DNA of 61,705 bases, counting the filler, from Sphacelaria rigidula (Eukaryota), in NCBI GenBank assembly GCA_964200075.2. It is 8 parts of 8 records of this genome, joined end to end, with 100 filler letters (N's around TTAATTAATTAA, not from the genome) between each part and the next. Parts side by side here need not be neighbours in the genome. Positions count along the whole stretch, not along the records: positions 30,907 to 38,531 come from CAXNAA020014043.1; positions 38,632 to 46,256 come from CAXNAA020014044.1; positions 46,357 to 53,981 come from CAXNAA020014045.1; 5 more parts are not named here. One strand, written 5' to 3'. Shown one piece after another: positions 35,856 to 49,300 of the stretch. The position numbers were made by a program, and so were the translations under genes. The notes beneath the pieces are model-generated. The model was not told the origin of the DNA and did no database searches. It worked only from the letters and a program-made list of their open reading frames with translations. Numbering within the stretch: position 1 is the stretch's first letter; every line of letters begins with the position of its first letter.

Positions 35856-38531
35856 TTAAGCGTTGAGCGTTCAGTTGTGATCGATCAATGTGATTCGAAG
35901 CATGAGGAAGAGTTGAGATTTCTGTCAAAATTTCCTGGCTGATGAAGTCACACTCAATAACGTTACCAAGTTGTCGTGCTACCACAAGGAGTAGTTCCTG
36001 GCGCTTGGGTGGTCACACGGAACGCTATGTATGCTGCACTACTGCAGTCACTGCTTCATTTTTTTAATTCACGTCCCAAAGTTCAGTGATATATTCCTTT
36101 GCCCCGTATATATATATATATATATGTTGTGCTCCGATTAGGTGCTCGAATTGTTGGCACTAGGCAGCTGGAATTCACCGCGACTTTGAAGTGATGTGAA
36201 ACCATATGGTATAATTTTCTTGCCTCCGGCTGGCCCCCCTCACCAGCCGGGGGGGCGTTCACACGACTTCGCCGCCAGTTATCCAGCTTTAGCTGACTGT
36301 AACTGGTTGTAATTTTTTACAACTAGTTAACTGGTAGCCAAACCAGGGTACAACTCTACCATAATCACTTTCCAGGTCTCAGTAAAATGCCGTTGAGTAA
36401 TGAAACAAAAATTGTGTCTGTATGCCCCACTCATTGTCCATGCCAAATGTTAGGGTCCAACTCTAAAAATTGAGGTGAGCATGGGCCTACAAACTACAGA
36501 TCTGTTTCTAGGCTGGCCCAGCTCGTAGTGCTGGTCTAAAATGAACATGGATGCAACAGCGAGGATCGGAGGAGGACATTCGATTGTACAGCCTACGTCA
36601 TCGGATTCAGGCGTTCTTTTCCCAACCTGGTCCGGTTGGTGCCCATCCTTGTTTCCGAGCCGAAAAGTGCGAATTCCGCAACGGTCTCTGATGTTCTCAC
36701 CACGTGACGCCCTTTGGGGGGGGGTGTCGGCAAGATGTTCACACATGTTCGTTGGATCTTTGTGAGCTCCGGCACACAAGCGCCCTGTATGCATCATTGA
36801 ATCTTCCGGGTCCTCGGGCCAACTAACAGGAGGCTGCACTCTCTTGGCCGTTGGGTTTCGGCCTTTTTCGGTGGGATGTAACGTGACCAAAAATGGCGAT
36901 GGTTGTGACTGCTCGGCGTATCTTCTGCTGAGCCGGCGGTACAGTGACCGCTCCACAATAAAGGATCTACAGGTGAACAAGAAATAGTAAGATATAAATT
37001 TTAGCGGAGGGCAGGGTGTACCCTCCTGGTTTGCTTACAAAAGAAGGGTACTTCTACAGGCTGTCATTTTCGGCGCCGTGGTTCAGCCTTGTAACGCTTA
37101 TGAAAAGGAAACAAAAATGGTCGGGTATGCTGCCCAGACACCTTTGGCGTGGGGCTGAGGCGCTGGGACGTGTTTTCGAGGTGTTTAGCCCGCGTGCAGC
37201 GCCGCGCCCCAAAGCGAAAAATGCGTTACCCTTTCTTGTCCCACAAGCACCAGGGTGTACCCTTTTTTGTCTTTTGCCCCCCCTTTTCTTTTCATGCCCA
37301 ATTCATTGTCCATACCAAATATTAGGGTCCGACTCTAAATGTTAGCCGGTGAATGGACCTGCAAACTATCCATTCGCTTCTAGGCTGGCCCAGCTCGTAC
37401 TAGGTGGACATATTGACTTTCGACGGTTAACCACAAAATGACACGCAGGCATGTGTATATAGGCAAATCGAAGATGGACCGAGACAGAATCTGCTTCATT
37501 AAACTAGCGGGCGAAGCCCGCATCACAAGCCAAACCTCCTAAACGAAAAGTAGGGTAACCCAAAGTGAATTGACAGAAGCGCGACTATGGCCGAGTGTTC
37601 CAACTCGGCACTGGCCCAAGATTGAAGACCTGTCCACGGTCAAACGGGGGACTAAAACATGGGACATGTCCTGTTCCAGTACTGTACCGCAGCAAAAACA
37701 CTCAAGCCTCTCTCAAGTGTTGGAGCTTCCACTGCCTGTTCTGTCGTGGTGTGTCCACGCATTGCGAAGACGGTTTGGAGTGCATGAGCTTCGATATTAT
37801 TGTCGTTGTGTTCGTCTCTCCAGAAAACCCTGTCAGTCGGCAAGCCGTGCTGGCTGCACGCTGTTGGAAGCTTCACGGGTAAGTTGACTGTTTCGTCTTC
37901 GGTAAGACGAACAACGCGCTGTCCGTTGCTGCGACACCCCTGCTGGTGTCGTGCGTTGGGCGCCTGTACTGTACCGTACTGTTGTATCGTGTTCGGTGTA
38001 CAATACTGTGTTATTTATGATACTGTATTTGTCTGAAACGCGCTACGAGATAGACCACGCAACACTTGGTTCAAGACTACTCCCCTAGAGCACGAACACG
38101 AACACTTGGTTTTAAACTACTCCCCTGGCGATTCCCAAGCGAGATGGAGCGATCTGATTGGTAAGTTACCAAGCGAATCTGTCCCGCTCCCAATACAGTC
38201 TGCCTATACATGTGTGTGTGTATGTATGTACATTTCATGTAGTTCCGGACGAATCACGAGACCAAAATATGTACTAATCATGATTTGTGTACACATCTTG
38301 GGAATGGTTCGTGTAAAAGTCGAATGTGGGACTCATTACGTTTTTTTTCGTTCGACCCTTGAACAACTGTCTTTTGTCAGAACAGATAGACAAGAAACAT
38401 GTCTAAGTGCAGTCAAGAACTTTCAGCGTGCAGGTGCTGATGTCTTCCTGATTTTACAGTCGGTAGGTACAGTAGTCAGCGTCAGAAGTATGCAGAATCC
38501 GTAATTTCTCGGTTTCTCAAAAGATTGTCCA

Positions 38532-38631
38532 NNNNNNNNNNNNNNNNNNNNNNNNNNNNNNNNNNNNNNNNNNNNTTAATTAATTAANNNNNNNNNNNNN
38601 NNNNNNNNNNNNNNNNNNNNNNNNNNNNNNN
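38532..38631. other. Artificial contig-join linker
   Basis: N44-TTAATTAATTAA-N44. Confidence 0.97.
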
Positions 38632-39461
38632 GTGATCAATGGTCAAACGACTAAGGCAAGCAAAAAATGAGTACGCCCCCCCCTCCCCCCCGCACGCCAA
38701 GTTGGCAAAACGCGCATTATGGGCGAGGCTGGGGGAGGGGGACTAGACTCCTGTTTTGAGTGGTGGGTACCCCTCAGATGACATAGATGATGACGATAAC
38801 AAGTAATATACAGTGACAGCGTACGGTGAGGGTTTCACTACAGTGTGGGGTCCCATAATAGTGCGAGGTCCCACTGCAGTGCAGTCATACGAGCTTGGCA
38901 ACTCATCGCACTACACGACTATTGTCCACCCCAAATGCACGTGTGTACGGTACTGACAGTACAAATCAAACAGACAGTACAGTATAGTACGGTAGGTGAT
39001 GGGAGCATGCTGAGGGGCGTCTATCGTACCTTGGGGCAATGATTTATTTCCGGTGTGTACGAGGATGTCTTGGCACGGCAGGTGGTTGACAATTGCAGCG
39101 TTGTTGTAGTATGCCGTATGATCCCCCACTCACCGTGAAACAGAAAGCCAACATCCCCTGGCCAAAACCCTCCAGCGACCGGCACCGCAAAGAAACGAGG
39201 CACAAAAAATCCTAGGTTTTGAGCTGCTGACACACAGGCGAACCTTGTGTGGTGAAGATGCTGGTCAGCTTCGTATAATGGTGGAGAAGCAGGAACAATT
39301 AGGTTCCTGCCGGGGTTTTTCCTCGTTCGCCACCGTCATACGGGGGTGAGGGGGAGAGTGATTCCTAGCCTGCACTTGGTAGGGCCCCTTGATGGTGGCT
39401 TGGATAATCCTCTGTCTTTAGATCGCAATTGCCCCCTCGTAGTGTTGATCCTCCGTCACCC

Positions 39462-39475
39462 CTACTACTACTACT

Positions 39476-39527
<52 letters not shown>
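39462..39527. repeat. (CTA)n microsatellite, possibly the tail of a non-LTR element ending at about 39461
   Basis: About 22 CTA/CCA units seen directly. Confidence 0.9.
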
Positions 39528-40593
39528 AAGCTCATCGCAAGAGCGACGCACAGACAGCACCGAACCGACAGCACTGTACAGTTCCGTGCAGGAGAGTTTG
39601 AAGTACCCACGCAAGATTGCCCCTCAAAAATGGTGCAGACAGCTAGATCCTCCCACACATGTAGTAGTGCTTGTTGGCAATGAAGCATCTGTTCTCCGCA
39701 CGCTGGCACGAAGCATAACACAGGTTTCGGTGCATCGCCGACAAAAGGAGAACGGGTTTGCTTGGTGCTGTGTTTCGTGCTCTGCGTAAGTGGTACGATC
39801 TTCGCAGAGTGCAGCAGAACATGATGGGATGCAGCAGATTTCACATTCGACAGTGGAGAAGTTTTTTTTTTTTTTGTCCAGGCCACCAGACATAAAAGGG
39901 TCGTCCATCTGCAGTTGGAGTCTTGTCAATACTCCCTTAGCGCGGTCGATCTGGAGTGCCTCGCGGTTTTTATTCTGTTCCTCCAGTGACAACACAAAAA
40001 TGAAATGTTCGCTCCAACATGTTAAACTCACATTACAATTGAGTAGTTTTTTTATTGTACACTAATGTAAGGGCATTTTTCCTACTCAGTAAAGTAAAAT
40101 ATTTTCCGGTGGGTACATCACACCAAGCGATTTGTTGATACCACACTTGGCGAAATTAGTTGACCAAGCTCCTCCCCTACCAAGCCCACTCTCCTTCTCC
40201 ACCCGCCATCGAATTTCCACGCTCCGGAGAGGATGTCGTTCCTCCCTGGCTCATTTTGACAACTCCGTGCTGTGTCTTTCATGTCGTTGATACGTATGCC
40301 GGAGGCGTGCGCAATAGTTATGCGCGTAAGGGAATTGTGCGAACGGATGGTGGGATTGCCGGTGAGGCATGGAGGCCCTGCGCGACGGCTTTGCCAACCT
40401 CATGATCGCCTGTATGTTTATGACACGCTTTCAGACCACGACGTAAATTGCTGCTGAGCCTTGCTATTCGGTGCTCTTGTACCCGAAGGATCGTTTTTTT
40501 CGCACTGCATGCGGGCATTTTTTGAAGCGAAGCTTAGTATCCTCCTCTTGTATGCGAATGGTCACTACATGTAATTTTGCGGTACCAAGACAG

Positions 40594-40983
40594 GTTGGGG
40601 TTTGTGGGCTGGGTCTCATGGGCCACGGAATCGTCCAAGTCGCCGCAATGGTCTCTTCACCTACTCAAGCCGTGGTTGCTGTGGAAACGAATCAAGCTGC
40701 TGCGGATGCTGGGCGGAAGCGGATAGATCAATCCCTCTCGAAGATGCTGTCCAGGAGGGTCAAGAATGGATCTATAACCGCTGCGGATGCAGACGTGCAG
40801 AAGCAAGAAATTGAGTCGCGCATCTCGTATGTTTCTGACATGGATGCCTTATCCGACTGTGACATGGTGATCGAAGCCATCACGGAGAATCCACAGATCA
40901 AGATCCCCTTCTACGAGGACCTTGGGCGTATAACTCGACCTGATTGCATTCTGGCATCCAATACATCGTCACTGAGCATCATG
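40594..40983 (+). CDS. HADH: 3-hydroxyacyl-CoA dehydrogenase, exon (NAD-binding domain); N-terminal exon unresolved
   Basis: GLGLMGHGI Rossmann motif, DMVIEAITEN..IK, ILASNTSSLSI; cag| acceptor and |gtaagg donor. Confidence 0.93.
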
Positions 40984-41091
40984 GTAAGGATGTGTCCCGC
41001 CCCATGGAAGAGCAATAGAAGGAATGCGCTATTTTGCCGTTGTTTACCTCAGATTTGCAGAATCTCTGCCTGGTGTTCTTGTCTTCTTCAG

Positions 41092-41291
41092 GATATGGCG
41101 GTGGCATCGCAGCGTCCCACTCACGTGGTTGGACTTCACTTCTTCAACCCCGTGCAGATGATGAAGCTTGTAGAGGTTGTTCGCACCAGCAGGACGGATT
41201 CTGACGTTTTCAATAATTGCAAATCATGGGTGCACCAGATCGGCAAGCACCCGGTGTCGTGCAATGATACGCCAGGTTTTATCGTGAACAG
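41092..41291 (+). CDS. HADH: 3-hydroxyacyl-CoA dehydrogenase, exon
   Basis: Catalytic GLHFFNPV.MMKLVEV, DTPGFIVNR; ttcag| and |gtgagg, phases 0/2. Confidence 0.95.
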
Positions 41292-41541
41292 GTGAGGCGC
41301 TACCTGATGAACGAAACTTTTCCTTTTAAGTAATGAGCTTGTGATCTGCCTGTGACGTGCACAGCTTACAGGACAGTAGCACACGCTCCCCTCAACCATG
41401 CCACAGCGTGCGGGCAAGGGGCAAGTTCTCACAAGGAATGTCGCGAAAAAGGCACAACCCGAAAAATCCACTGTTCGTTTGTTTGAGACGGCAACCTCAG
41501 GGCCGATACTGAACGCAAGACAATTCGCTTGCGTTCATCAG

Positions 41542-41665
41542 ATTGTTGGTGCCTGGGCTCGCTCAGGGCATGCTAATGCTCGACCGAGGTGATGGATCGG
41601 TGGAAGATATAGACAAGTCGATGGAGCTCGGAGCGGGCCATCCAATGGGTCCGCTGACGTTATCG
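41542..41665 (+). CDS. HADH: 3-hydroxyacyl-CoA dehydrogenase, exon
   Basis: (R)LLVP...DIDKSMELGAGHPMGPL; catcag| and |gtgaga, phases 2/0. Confidence 0.93.
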
Positions 41666-42223
41666 GTGAGAAGACGAAAAAGGCAACTCCACGAAACACC
41701 TCGTAGGGCAGCATTTCCGCGCAATCGCATGTATTCAAACGATCGTGTTGATCAGATGACGGCGTAGCAACGGCAGGCCCGTGCTGTGTGCCCAGATAAA
41801 ATACTGCCCTCTTGCAGTGTGTCTCAAGAAGATGAAGATGGTGTGTTTCCGGTTTCAAGTCTTGATTCGTATTACTATCCACACACAGGAAATTGAGTGG
41901 AGAGACGCGTAGGAAAGGAGTGGACAGGTGTGGGCGTGGAGCACGACACTATCACGATTACCCACGAACCATAATCTCTAGTCGGCTCACGGGACACAAT
42001 CCGTGGCCAATTCAAGATCCATGAATCAACAGTTCTCAATTCTAGGAGCGGATACATTTTCTGTTCTCCAACCACAAGAAGCAGACCGAAAACTATTCGT
42101 AGATTGATGTTCATCCCGTAATCCCCTGCCCACAGAAGCTGGTCTATGGTTGTAGATGAGCTATATCGAGTAGCGTGTCGTGATGTCTTGTACACCTTTG
42201 CCTGCTGCTACTGTCAAAAACAG

Positions 42224-42409
42224 GACTACGTTGGGCTGGATACATGCCTGTCCATCCTGAATGGTTGGGTGGACAAATATCCCACCGAACCCTCGTTTGT
42301 GGTTCCTGAGTGCCTCAAACAGAAGGTCGCGGCGGGAAAACTGGGGCGGAAAACGGGCGAAGGATTCTACATTTGGAACGGTGACAAGCGCGCCCATGTG
42401 GCACCTTGA
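42224..42409 (+). CDS. HADH: 3-hydroxyacyl-CoA dehydrogenase, last exon
   Basis: DYVGLDT...GKLGRKTGEGFY, stop TGA ending at 42409. Confidence 0.93.
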   Translation, partial: DYVGLDTCLSILNGWVDKYPTEPSFVVPECLKQKVAAGKLGRKTGEGFYIWNGDKRAHVAP

Positions 42410-43871
42410 GCTGATTAGCCCACGGAATCGGCGACGAAGATCTCGGCAGCATATCAAATTGAAAGCTCGAAACTGCTGTTATTCAGTGTTGGACAATGTA
42501 GAGCAATGCTATATCCTTTAGTTTTTTTCAGAAAAAGCAAGTAGAGCAGATGGTGCACAGCCGTGTTTTGCGCTTCGGTTTACTGCCAAGATGGATTATG
42601 GCATCTTGATGAACCCGCGTGCAACAGAAAGCTGTTCCACGTACGTGTACCTCGCCGCCCACACTATTATAGTTGTTTGTACATGAACAGCAGTTGAACT
42701 GTGAAATATATTTGTAGTTGGCACGCGTAAGGAGCTCGGTGATACGTCGTAAACGGATGTTGAAGTTGTGGCCATGAGTGAGGGATAAGTGAACTTCTAC
42801 GGAATGTAAATTGCTTTTTATCCCCCTTGATAATGATAATTTTTGATAATATTTACCTCTCCCCCTTTTCTGAATGAGTCCACGGTCTCAAGGCATCAAT
42901 CCATTACCCCCCCCCCCGGTACTTGTACCCGCGTTGCATTTTTGTATCGCGGGCTGGAGAAGCACTGCCGCACTGGACTGATTCTCGTCAAAGAGATGTC
43001 TTTTACTACCCACGTCCTGCTCAAATACATCGAATATCCGGAAGGCCTCGTGACGGTTTCCCTTACTATAACTGTCGTAAAAAAGCTCCGATCATCCTCG
43101 AACTTCGCAGTTTGGTAGCTATGGGTGCTCCAAATGGAAAAAAGAATCGTCGAAAAGTACTTCAAAGTTCATCCGCTCTCTACCGGCTTCCGGGGGTGCC
43201 CGCGTGAAGATCCTCCCTCGAAGCCGGTACAGAATGCCTAAAAAAGTAACATCAACCTTTACCCGTCTCGACGTAGTCCAAGGAACATTGAAAAACACGT
43301 TTGTGATATCAGAAACGAATCATCGTTTCCGGAACGGCGGATTCGAAACCATAACTTCGCATGTGGCCGCCGATCTATTTCAGGCAAGTAATTCTGGGTC
43401 AACTTTCGTGGAAGACGTGCTTTTTTTCATGGAAAGCTTGCGAACAGAAGAGGGAGAGATGATTTTGTTCCAACCGCGATTGGAATTAGCGACGATGCCA
43501 AATCAAGAGAGAGAAACGATGACTTTGTCTCTCTTTGTATCCTACACTAGAGGCCTCTGTGTGCTGTCGTCAGTTGGCATTGGGGCGTGGGGCACAACGG
43601 GCAGGCTGCCAGCAGAACATCTTCTGTAAAATCAGAACAGCAGTGGGCGCCTACAGGTAGATGTGCCCCAAACAAATCATCCCTACCTCCCTCCAACGTG
43701 CACGATGACCTGCAGAAGTCGAGCATGCTTCATGCGAGTATACAATCGTGAGATGCAAAAACAAAAACACTCTAGTTGTTATGATGTACCGAGATGTACA
43801 GCGAGCGGACATGCCAAGAGCTGTCCGGTGATCCTTCGCTTAACAGCCGATTCTTATTTTTGGGGTTGAAC

Positions 43872-44589
43872 CAAGGGTCTGTCAAAAATATATTTCGGGA
43901 CACGTGGGCCCCAAGATCGAAAATTCAAGTTTTTGAGGGGGGGGTAAGGGGGGGTAGGGGGGGACACCCAGCCTGCTGTCCCCTAGTTTATTACCGCTGA
44001 AATGAGGGACACACCGCCCCTCCAAGCTCATCACCCACCATGATTACATTTATGGGATCATGTACCGTGCCGTGTGCTTCGAGTACCCACCACTAGTAGT
44101 CCCGGCAAATTTGGCGAGGCGTGAGATATTGCTGCTACTTTGGCTACAGGCTGTCGCTACCGTGCGCTCGTGTATTGTACATAGAGATTTGTGAGCGTTA
44201 ACGGCATCCGAGGTCATCGGGACAGGGCGGGCGAAGAGCAGAAGCAAATATGCGAACCTCGCAAAACCCGCAAGACGTTTCGCTAGTCGTCAGTGTTTGT
44301 TGATCAATTTCTTTCGACAATAAACACACACACACACACACACACACAAAAAGCACAAAAATAAATATAAAAAATGATGACAATTTTCGAAAAATTGCCC
44401 TCCGGGAGGGGGGGGGAGGGGGGGGGTCCGTGTCCGAATTTTTTCTCTCGATAGANNNNNNNNNNACAAAAAAAAAAAAACAAAAAAAAAATAAAAAAAA
44501 TTTGAACATTTGTCAAAGTTTGCCTGGGGGGGGGGGGGGGGGGGGGGGGGGGGGTCCGTGTCCGAATTTTTTCTCTCGATAGACCCTTG
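43872..44589. mobile_element. P-element-like non-autonomous DNA transposon
   Basis: TIR CAAGGGTCT(G/A)TC...TCGG(G)ACACG / CGTGTCCGA...GATAGACCCTTG; 7-bp direct repeat GTTGAAC at 43865-43871 and 44590-44596. Confidence 0.7.
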
Positions 44590-46167
44590 GTTGAACACTA
44601 TTATGGGGTTCAAGCGGCGCGAAACAGTTACACCAAGGAAAACCATATTATCTCCCACAAATCTCAAGCAGTTAAGCAGTTGTGGCTACGTGTACCGAAC
44701 GAATGCGGTGTACACGCGTGCCGATGACGATACCACCGGGGGAGTAACGGCAGAGAAGGAGCCCCTCGTCCGTATCCTTTGTGTCTTCTCGCTCGGTGAT
44801 TCCCAATCACTCGAGAGACTGGCATCATGCATATTACCAGCATGTACCCATTTTGCCATGTGCCGGTAGGCAGGTTATTGCTGCACAGCCCCCCAAAGAA
44901 CATCGAGGTGCCGAGATGTCGTCTCTTTTTGTCTGTGCAGCTCACCTATGCAAATATCGATTCCTCTCTGCCTTTTTTTTTGACGGGACGCGCCTTTGTG
45001 CGCTGCAGAACACCTCGTTGAAAAACAGGGCGATGTTCCCGTCACCGCTACTGTTCTCTGTCATACGTATGCCAGCAAGGACGGTGCTGCGGCAATAAAA
45101 AACCCAACCGTAACTTGGGGGTCGTTAGTCATCGTTGATTTTACCCGACATGTGACCCTGTGCGTCCGCGATGACAAAAGCGTGCCACACGCCACTGAGG
45201 AGGGTGTATGAGAGATCAAACATTTGTGGAGACCATATTGTCATGCGGAGTGAAAAATATTCCTAAAAAAGATACCTATGGTGGTGACCTAACTATTGCT
45301 GGCATGGCGCATGGGGGTGCCTCTTTGCTGCAATCTTGAACACCCACCCACCCGCTGCGTCTATTGCGGTGGCTTTCGATAGATCCCAAGTGAGGTCATT
45401 CATTACAAGCTGGGGCGAGGTATGTTTCACGAGGAACAAGAGTGCTCTATGATCAACCACTTGTCCTTGCATTTGAGACCCATGCCATCAACCGCCGACC
45501 GCAAAGGTCTTGTGGCTTTCAAGCAACGCTTGAGGCAGTACGCCCGACAAACCCGGTCAAAGCTAGTTTTCGTTGCTCTACTGTCTGTACTGACTATCGC
45601 GGCGTCTGTACAATCACCTCGTAACAACACCGAGATTCACAAGGGTTGTGAAAATTAATCAGTTCCATTTTTTCAACTCACCCCAGACAATGGAAAGGAC
45701 TCTCAAGAGCTGCGGGAAGGGTAGCTCCCCCGCCCCCGTGCCAGGTATTAAAAACAGGACGACGTATTTTTTGCCAGCTCATGTAACACTGACGGGGTCA
45801 CAGAGAGTTTCTCGTAGTGAAAATCTGCGTATTTTCCACACGCAAACCGTTTCAGGTGCATATCTTTCTGTTTAGAACGTAAGCTGTCCATTTCACTTCG
45901 GTTGTTTACTGATGTATTAGGAGCATCGACACCCGCGGCCATTTGGTTACCCCCAAAATTCCTCCAGGTCGGTCAACTTTTTGAGCCTCCAAAGGAATGA
46001 AACGCCTCCGGAGGGGTGCGCGGCCCACCAGGGGAGATTGTTTGGCTTCCTCCAGAGGGATTTAGCGCCCCCGGAGACTTGTTTTTACCTCTGGAGGTCC
46101 GCGCAACTCTCCCAAGTCATTTTGCTATACCCAAGGGCGGGTGAAAAAAAGATCCCTGGACCCACAC

Positions 46168-46202
<35 letters not shown>

Positions 46203-46256
46203 TACTTTTTTTTTTTTCCCCTCCACACCCCATCTGTAAAAAAAACAAAAAAATTT

Positions 46257-46356
46257 NNNNNNNNNNNNNNNNNNNNNNNNNNNNNNNNNNNNNNNNNNNN
46301 TTAATTAATTAANNNNNNNNNNNNNNNNNNNNNNNNNNNNNNNNNNNNNNNNNNNN
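46257..46356. other. Artificial contig-join linker
   Basis: N44-TTAATTAATTAA-N44. Confidence 0.97.
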
Positions 46357-49300
46357 TTGGTGGACGATAATCGCGCATGCGTTTTTGCCATCGGCGCCAC
46401 GCGGGTTCATTGTCCTGCAATTCAGGGTTCATGAGATCAAAGACATTGATGCATGGACTGTCACAGTCGCGCATGCTGTGGCCCTGAACACTACAGTTGA
46501 TGCAAATGTTGGGATGACTGCTGAAGGCATTGCGTCTAGCGGAAGACGAAAGAAGTGGGTTCCACAAGTGGGGGTCATCGGTTATGAATGCCGTGGTTGA
46601 AGTCAGATAAACATCATCCCAAGTTTCCTTGGAAAACGGCCAATCGTCAAAACTCGCGCTAAATGCATATCTGGTACTCTGAACATGCATAACTGAACCG
46701 GCGACTGAGTCGGGGGTCCATGAAGCGTGAAACGAGCTCGGATTCCTGCCGCAAGCCCCTTGGGCATGAGCGGAGGACATAACCGTAGGTTGTGAACGCG
46801 CAGACGTTGAAGGTTTGCTACGTATGGCAGGTGTTAAACTACTCTCCTGGTGTACAAAAGCAGACCACATAGTACCAACGGAGGCGTAAGGCACCTCGCG
46901 ATGCGCCAAGACACCCGGAAACAATGACGGCATCAAAGCCGGATACTGTTGAGCAACGCTATTGCGAACGTAAATCTGATACATTGCATCGCTCGGTCCA
47001 TTCTGGCGTCCGACACCCGTCGTACCCGAAACCAAAAGCTTAAATTCGCGGAGAAAATCCGCGAAGGGGACATCAGATGCGACGACAAAAGAGCTCAGCC
47101 TCTGGATGACGCTGGCGTGATCACTTTTATCAAAGTAACCTATGAGACGCCTTTCCAAATCAGAGAGTAATTGCGGGCCTGTCTTCCCTTGGGAACGATC
47201 CGGATCCATCTCGGCGAGGAATCCGTCGAGCACCTGCGTCAAAGAAGCAGCGATGTCGGGAGAGCAGCGGCTGATCGATCGATGCATTACTTCGTGCAAG
47301 GGAGTCTGCCAGCCCTCTACCCAGTCTGAGTCTTCGAAACGTTGTGTGCCAGTCACATCCGCCAAGTGAAGGATGTTACAAACAGTGCGGCGGATTGGCG
47401 TGGTAAGGGCAGAGGTAAACTGGCCCGAATCTTCGTTATCCGCGGCAGGCGTGGTTTTGATGTGCCAGAGTTTTTTCACATCCATCTGAATATACTGTCT
47501 CTGTATTGCATCTACTCGGGTAGACTAAGCTCGATCGGAAGCTGCATTTTTGCTAGCTTCTGAACGTTCTTTGTCAGCCGCGGCGGTTGCTAAAGCGCGG
47601 GCTGCAATAGAAGACAAAGGACGGTCAGGTGTATCCGTATCAGACAAACCTGAGATGCGGGCCGAAACATCGGCCAACTTAGGAACCACTTGCCTGGGGG
47701 TCTCCGAGCCCGAGGCGGGAAGAGCTGCACCGGACCGGTTCCAGGCTGATGCGGATGAGCCGGGGGAGTTGCCTCGGTGTGCTTGCCTTTCGACTTGCGG
47801 GGCGGGCGGTTCGATCCGGAACCGCCCGAAGAAGATCCTCTTCCGCCCTGGCGGCGGCGTGTATTCCCTCCATCATTATCATCGTCGTCGCGGCGGTGAT
47901 TTTTCTTTTGTGCCCGACAGGTGGCTGTCGCGGGAGTCCACCTATCGTCATCTTCGTTCCCGTCCGTAGTGGCGCCGGGAGGAGAGTCAGAAGCGGCGCG
48001 CAGCGCCGTAAAAATTTCGGTGATGTGTTTAACGTAGCGCTGGATGTTCGGACCATCGCCAATAGTCGCGAGAAGGACCAATTGGCCCATGGTTATCCCC
48101 GACACACCTTCATCTGGGAAAAAACCACCTTGATCCACATAATCATCAACGACGGCTAGCATGCGTTGAGAAACAAGATTCCACGCAGGGCGGGAGCAGT
48201 TGAGGTGGTTACGGTGTCTGAAGGGGCCGGTATAGTCGGACGCCGACCGAGACAGCCACACTTGTTCGTGGGGGGCTAGTTGCAGACTCATGGTGGGGGC
48301 GTCAGGGATCGCGGGGCTAGATGCACACGGCAGCGTGGGGACGGCGGCGGCCGCGACAGATGAAGCCCTGTCGGACTTGCGAGGGACGACGTACGTCGCT
48401 CTGTCGGGCGCCGACAGGTGGGGCCTGAGTACGTTGTCGGCGGAAGGCGGAGCGGCTTGATGATCACTGAGGCGGGCCACCGGCGAGGCCGCTGCTTGGG
48501 TGGTCCGCCGGACGTGATCTTCGAGTTGGCGAACCTGTCTTTGAGCTGCCATAGCCGCCGCACGGCCTTCCTCGACTGCCCGTTGAGCCGCTGTGCTCGT
48601 AGAATAAGCCAAGGAGGCCTGCCGCTGGAGGTCCTTGCGTTTGTCTGCGTGCTCCTCCAGAAGGAGGCGTGCAGCGGCGGCGTCGGCGGCGCGTTGTTGT
48701 TCGAGAATATCCTGGGCCAGCGCAGGCGCCTGAAAGGCATAATCCGCAATCAGGCGTTCCTGTTCCGTGCGGAGGCGGTCCTTGAATAGTCTGAGCAGAA
48801 GCCCGGTGGGGCAATGCTCGTCGCCAAGCGGTGGAAGAACCTCCACGGATGAGGGAGAGCGCACAGGGGCCGTGATGGGGCCGCTATCGGCATCCGTGTC
48901 AATAGCTGGCGGAGCGGCGGCGGCGGTATGGGCCGGCGCAGGGGCGGCTGGAGGCGCAGCAGTCGCAGTAGCGGCAGTAGTAGCTGCGGGAACGCAAATG
49001 TTCTTGCTGGCAGTAGCAGCGGCGGTGGTGTGTCCGGCATCCATAGTAGCTGTTGCAAGTTGCCGTTCAAGATCTGTCAATCGTTGTTGCAGAGAACAAA
49101 TAAGCGTAGCGTCGGAACGGGACGGTGGTTGTGTGATGAAGTTCGGTCGGATCCTGTAGTTGAGGATTCCGGAGCCGGTGACATGTCCGAAAATATATTT
49201 TGGATATCGTCAGCATGTACAGTAGTATCATTGCGTGCATGACGGCTGTGTGACAGATGCTGAGCAGGAGAGATATGCGAGGGTGCTTGACCCGGCGTTT

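Noticed and set aside
42843..43629. Protein-like ORFs downstream of HADH (also 54673-55610, 56338-57251)
   Set aside because: Broken frames with no recognisable motif or consistent splice signals; cannot support a call
44395..44585. Tandem duplication of the P-like right TIR (similarly 17340-17535)
   Set aside because: Copies straddle 10-N gaps and homopolymer runs; probably overlap or low-quality assembly artefacts
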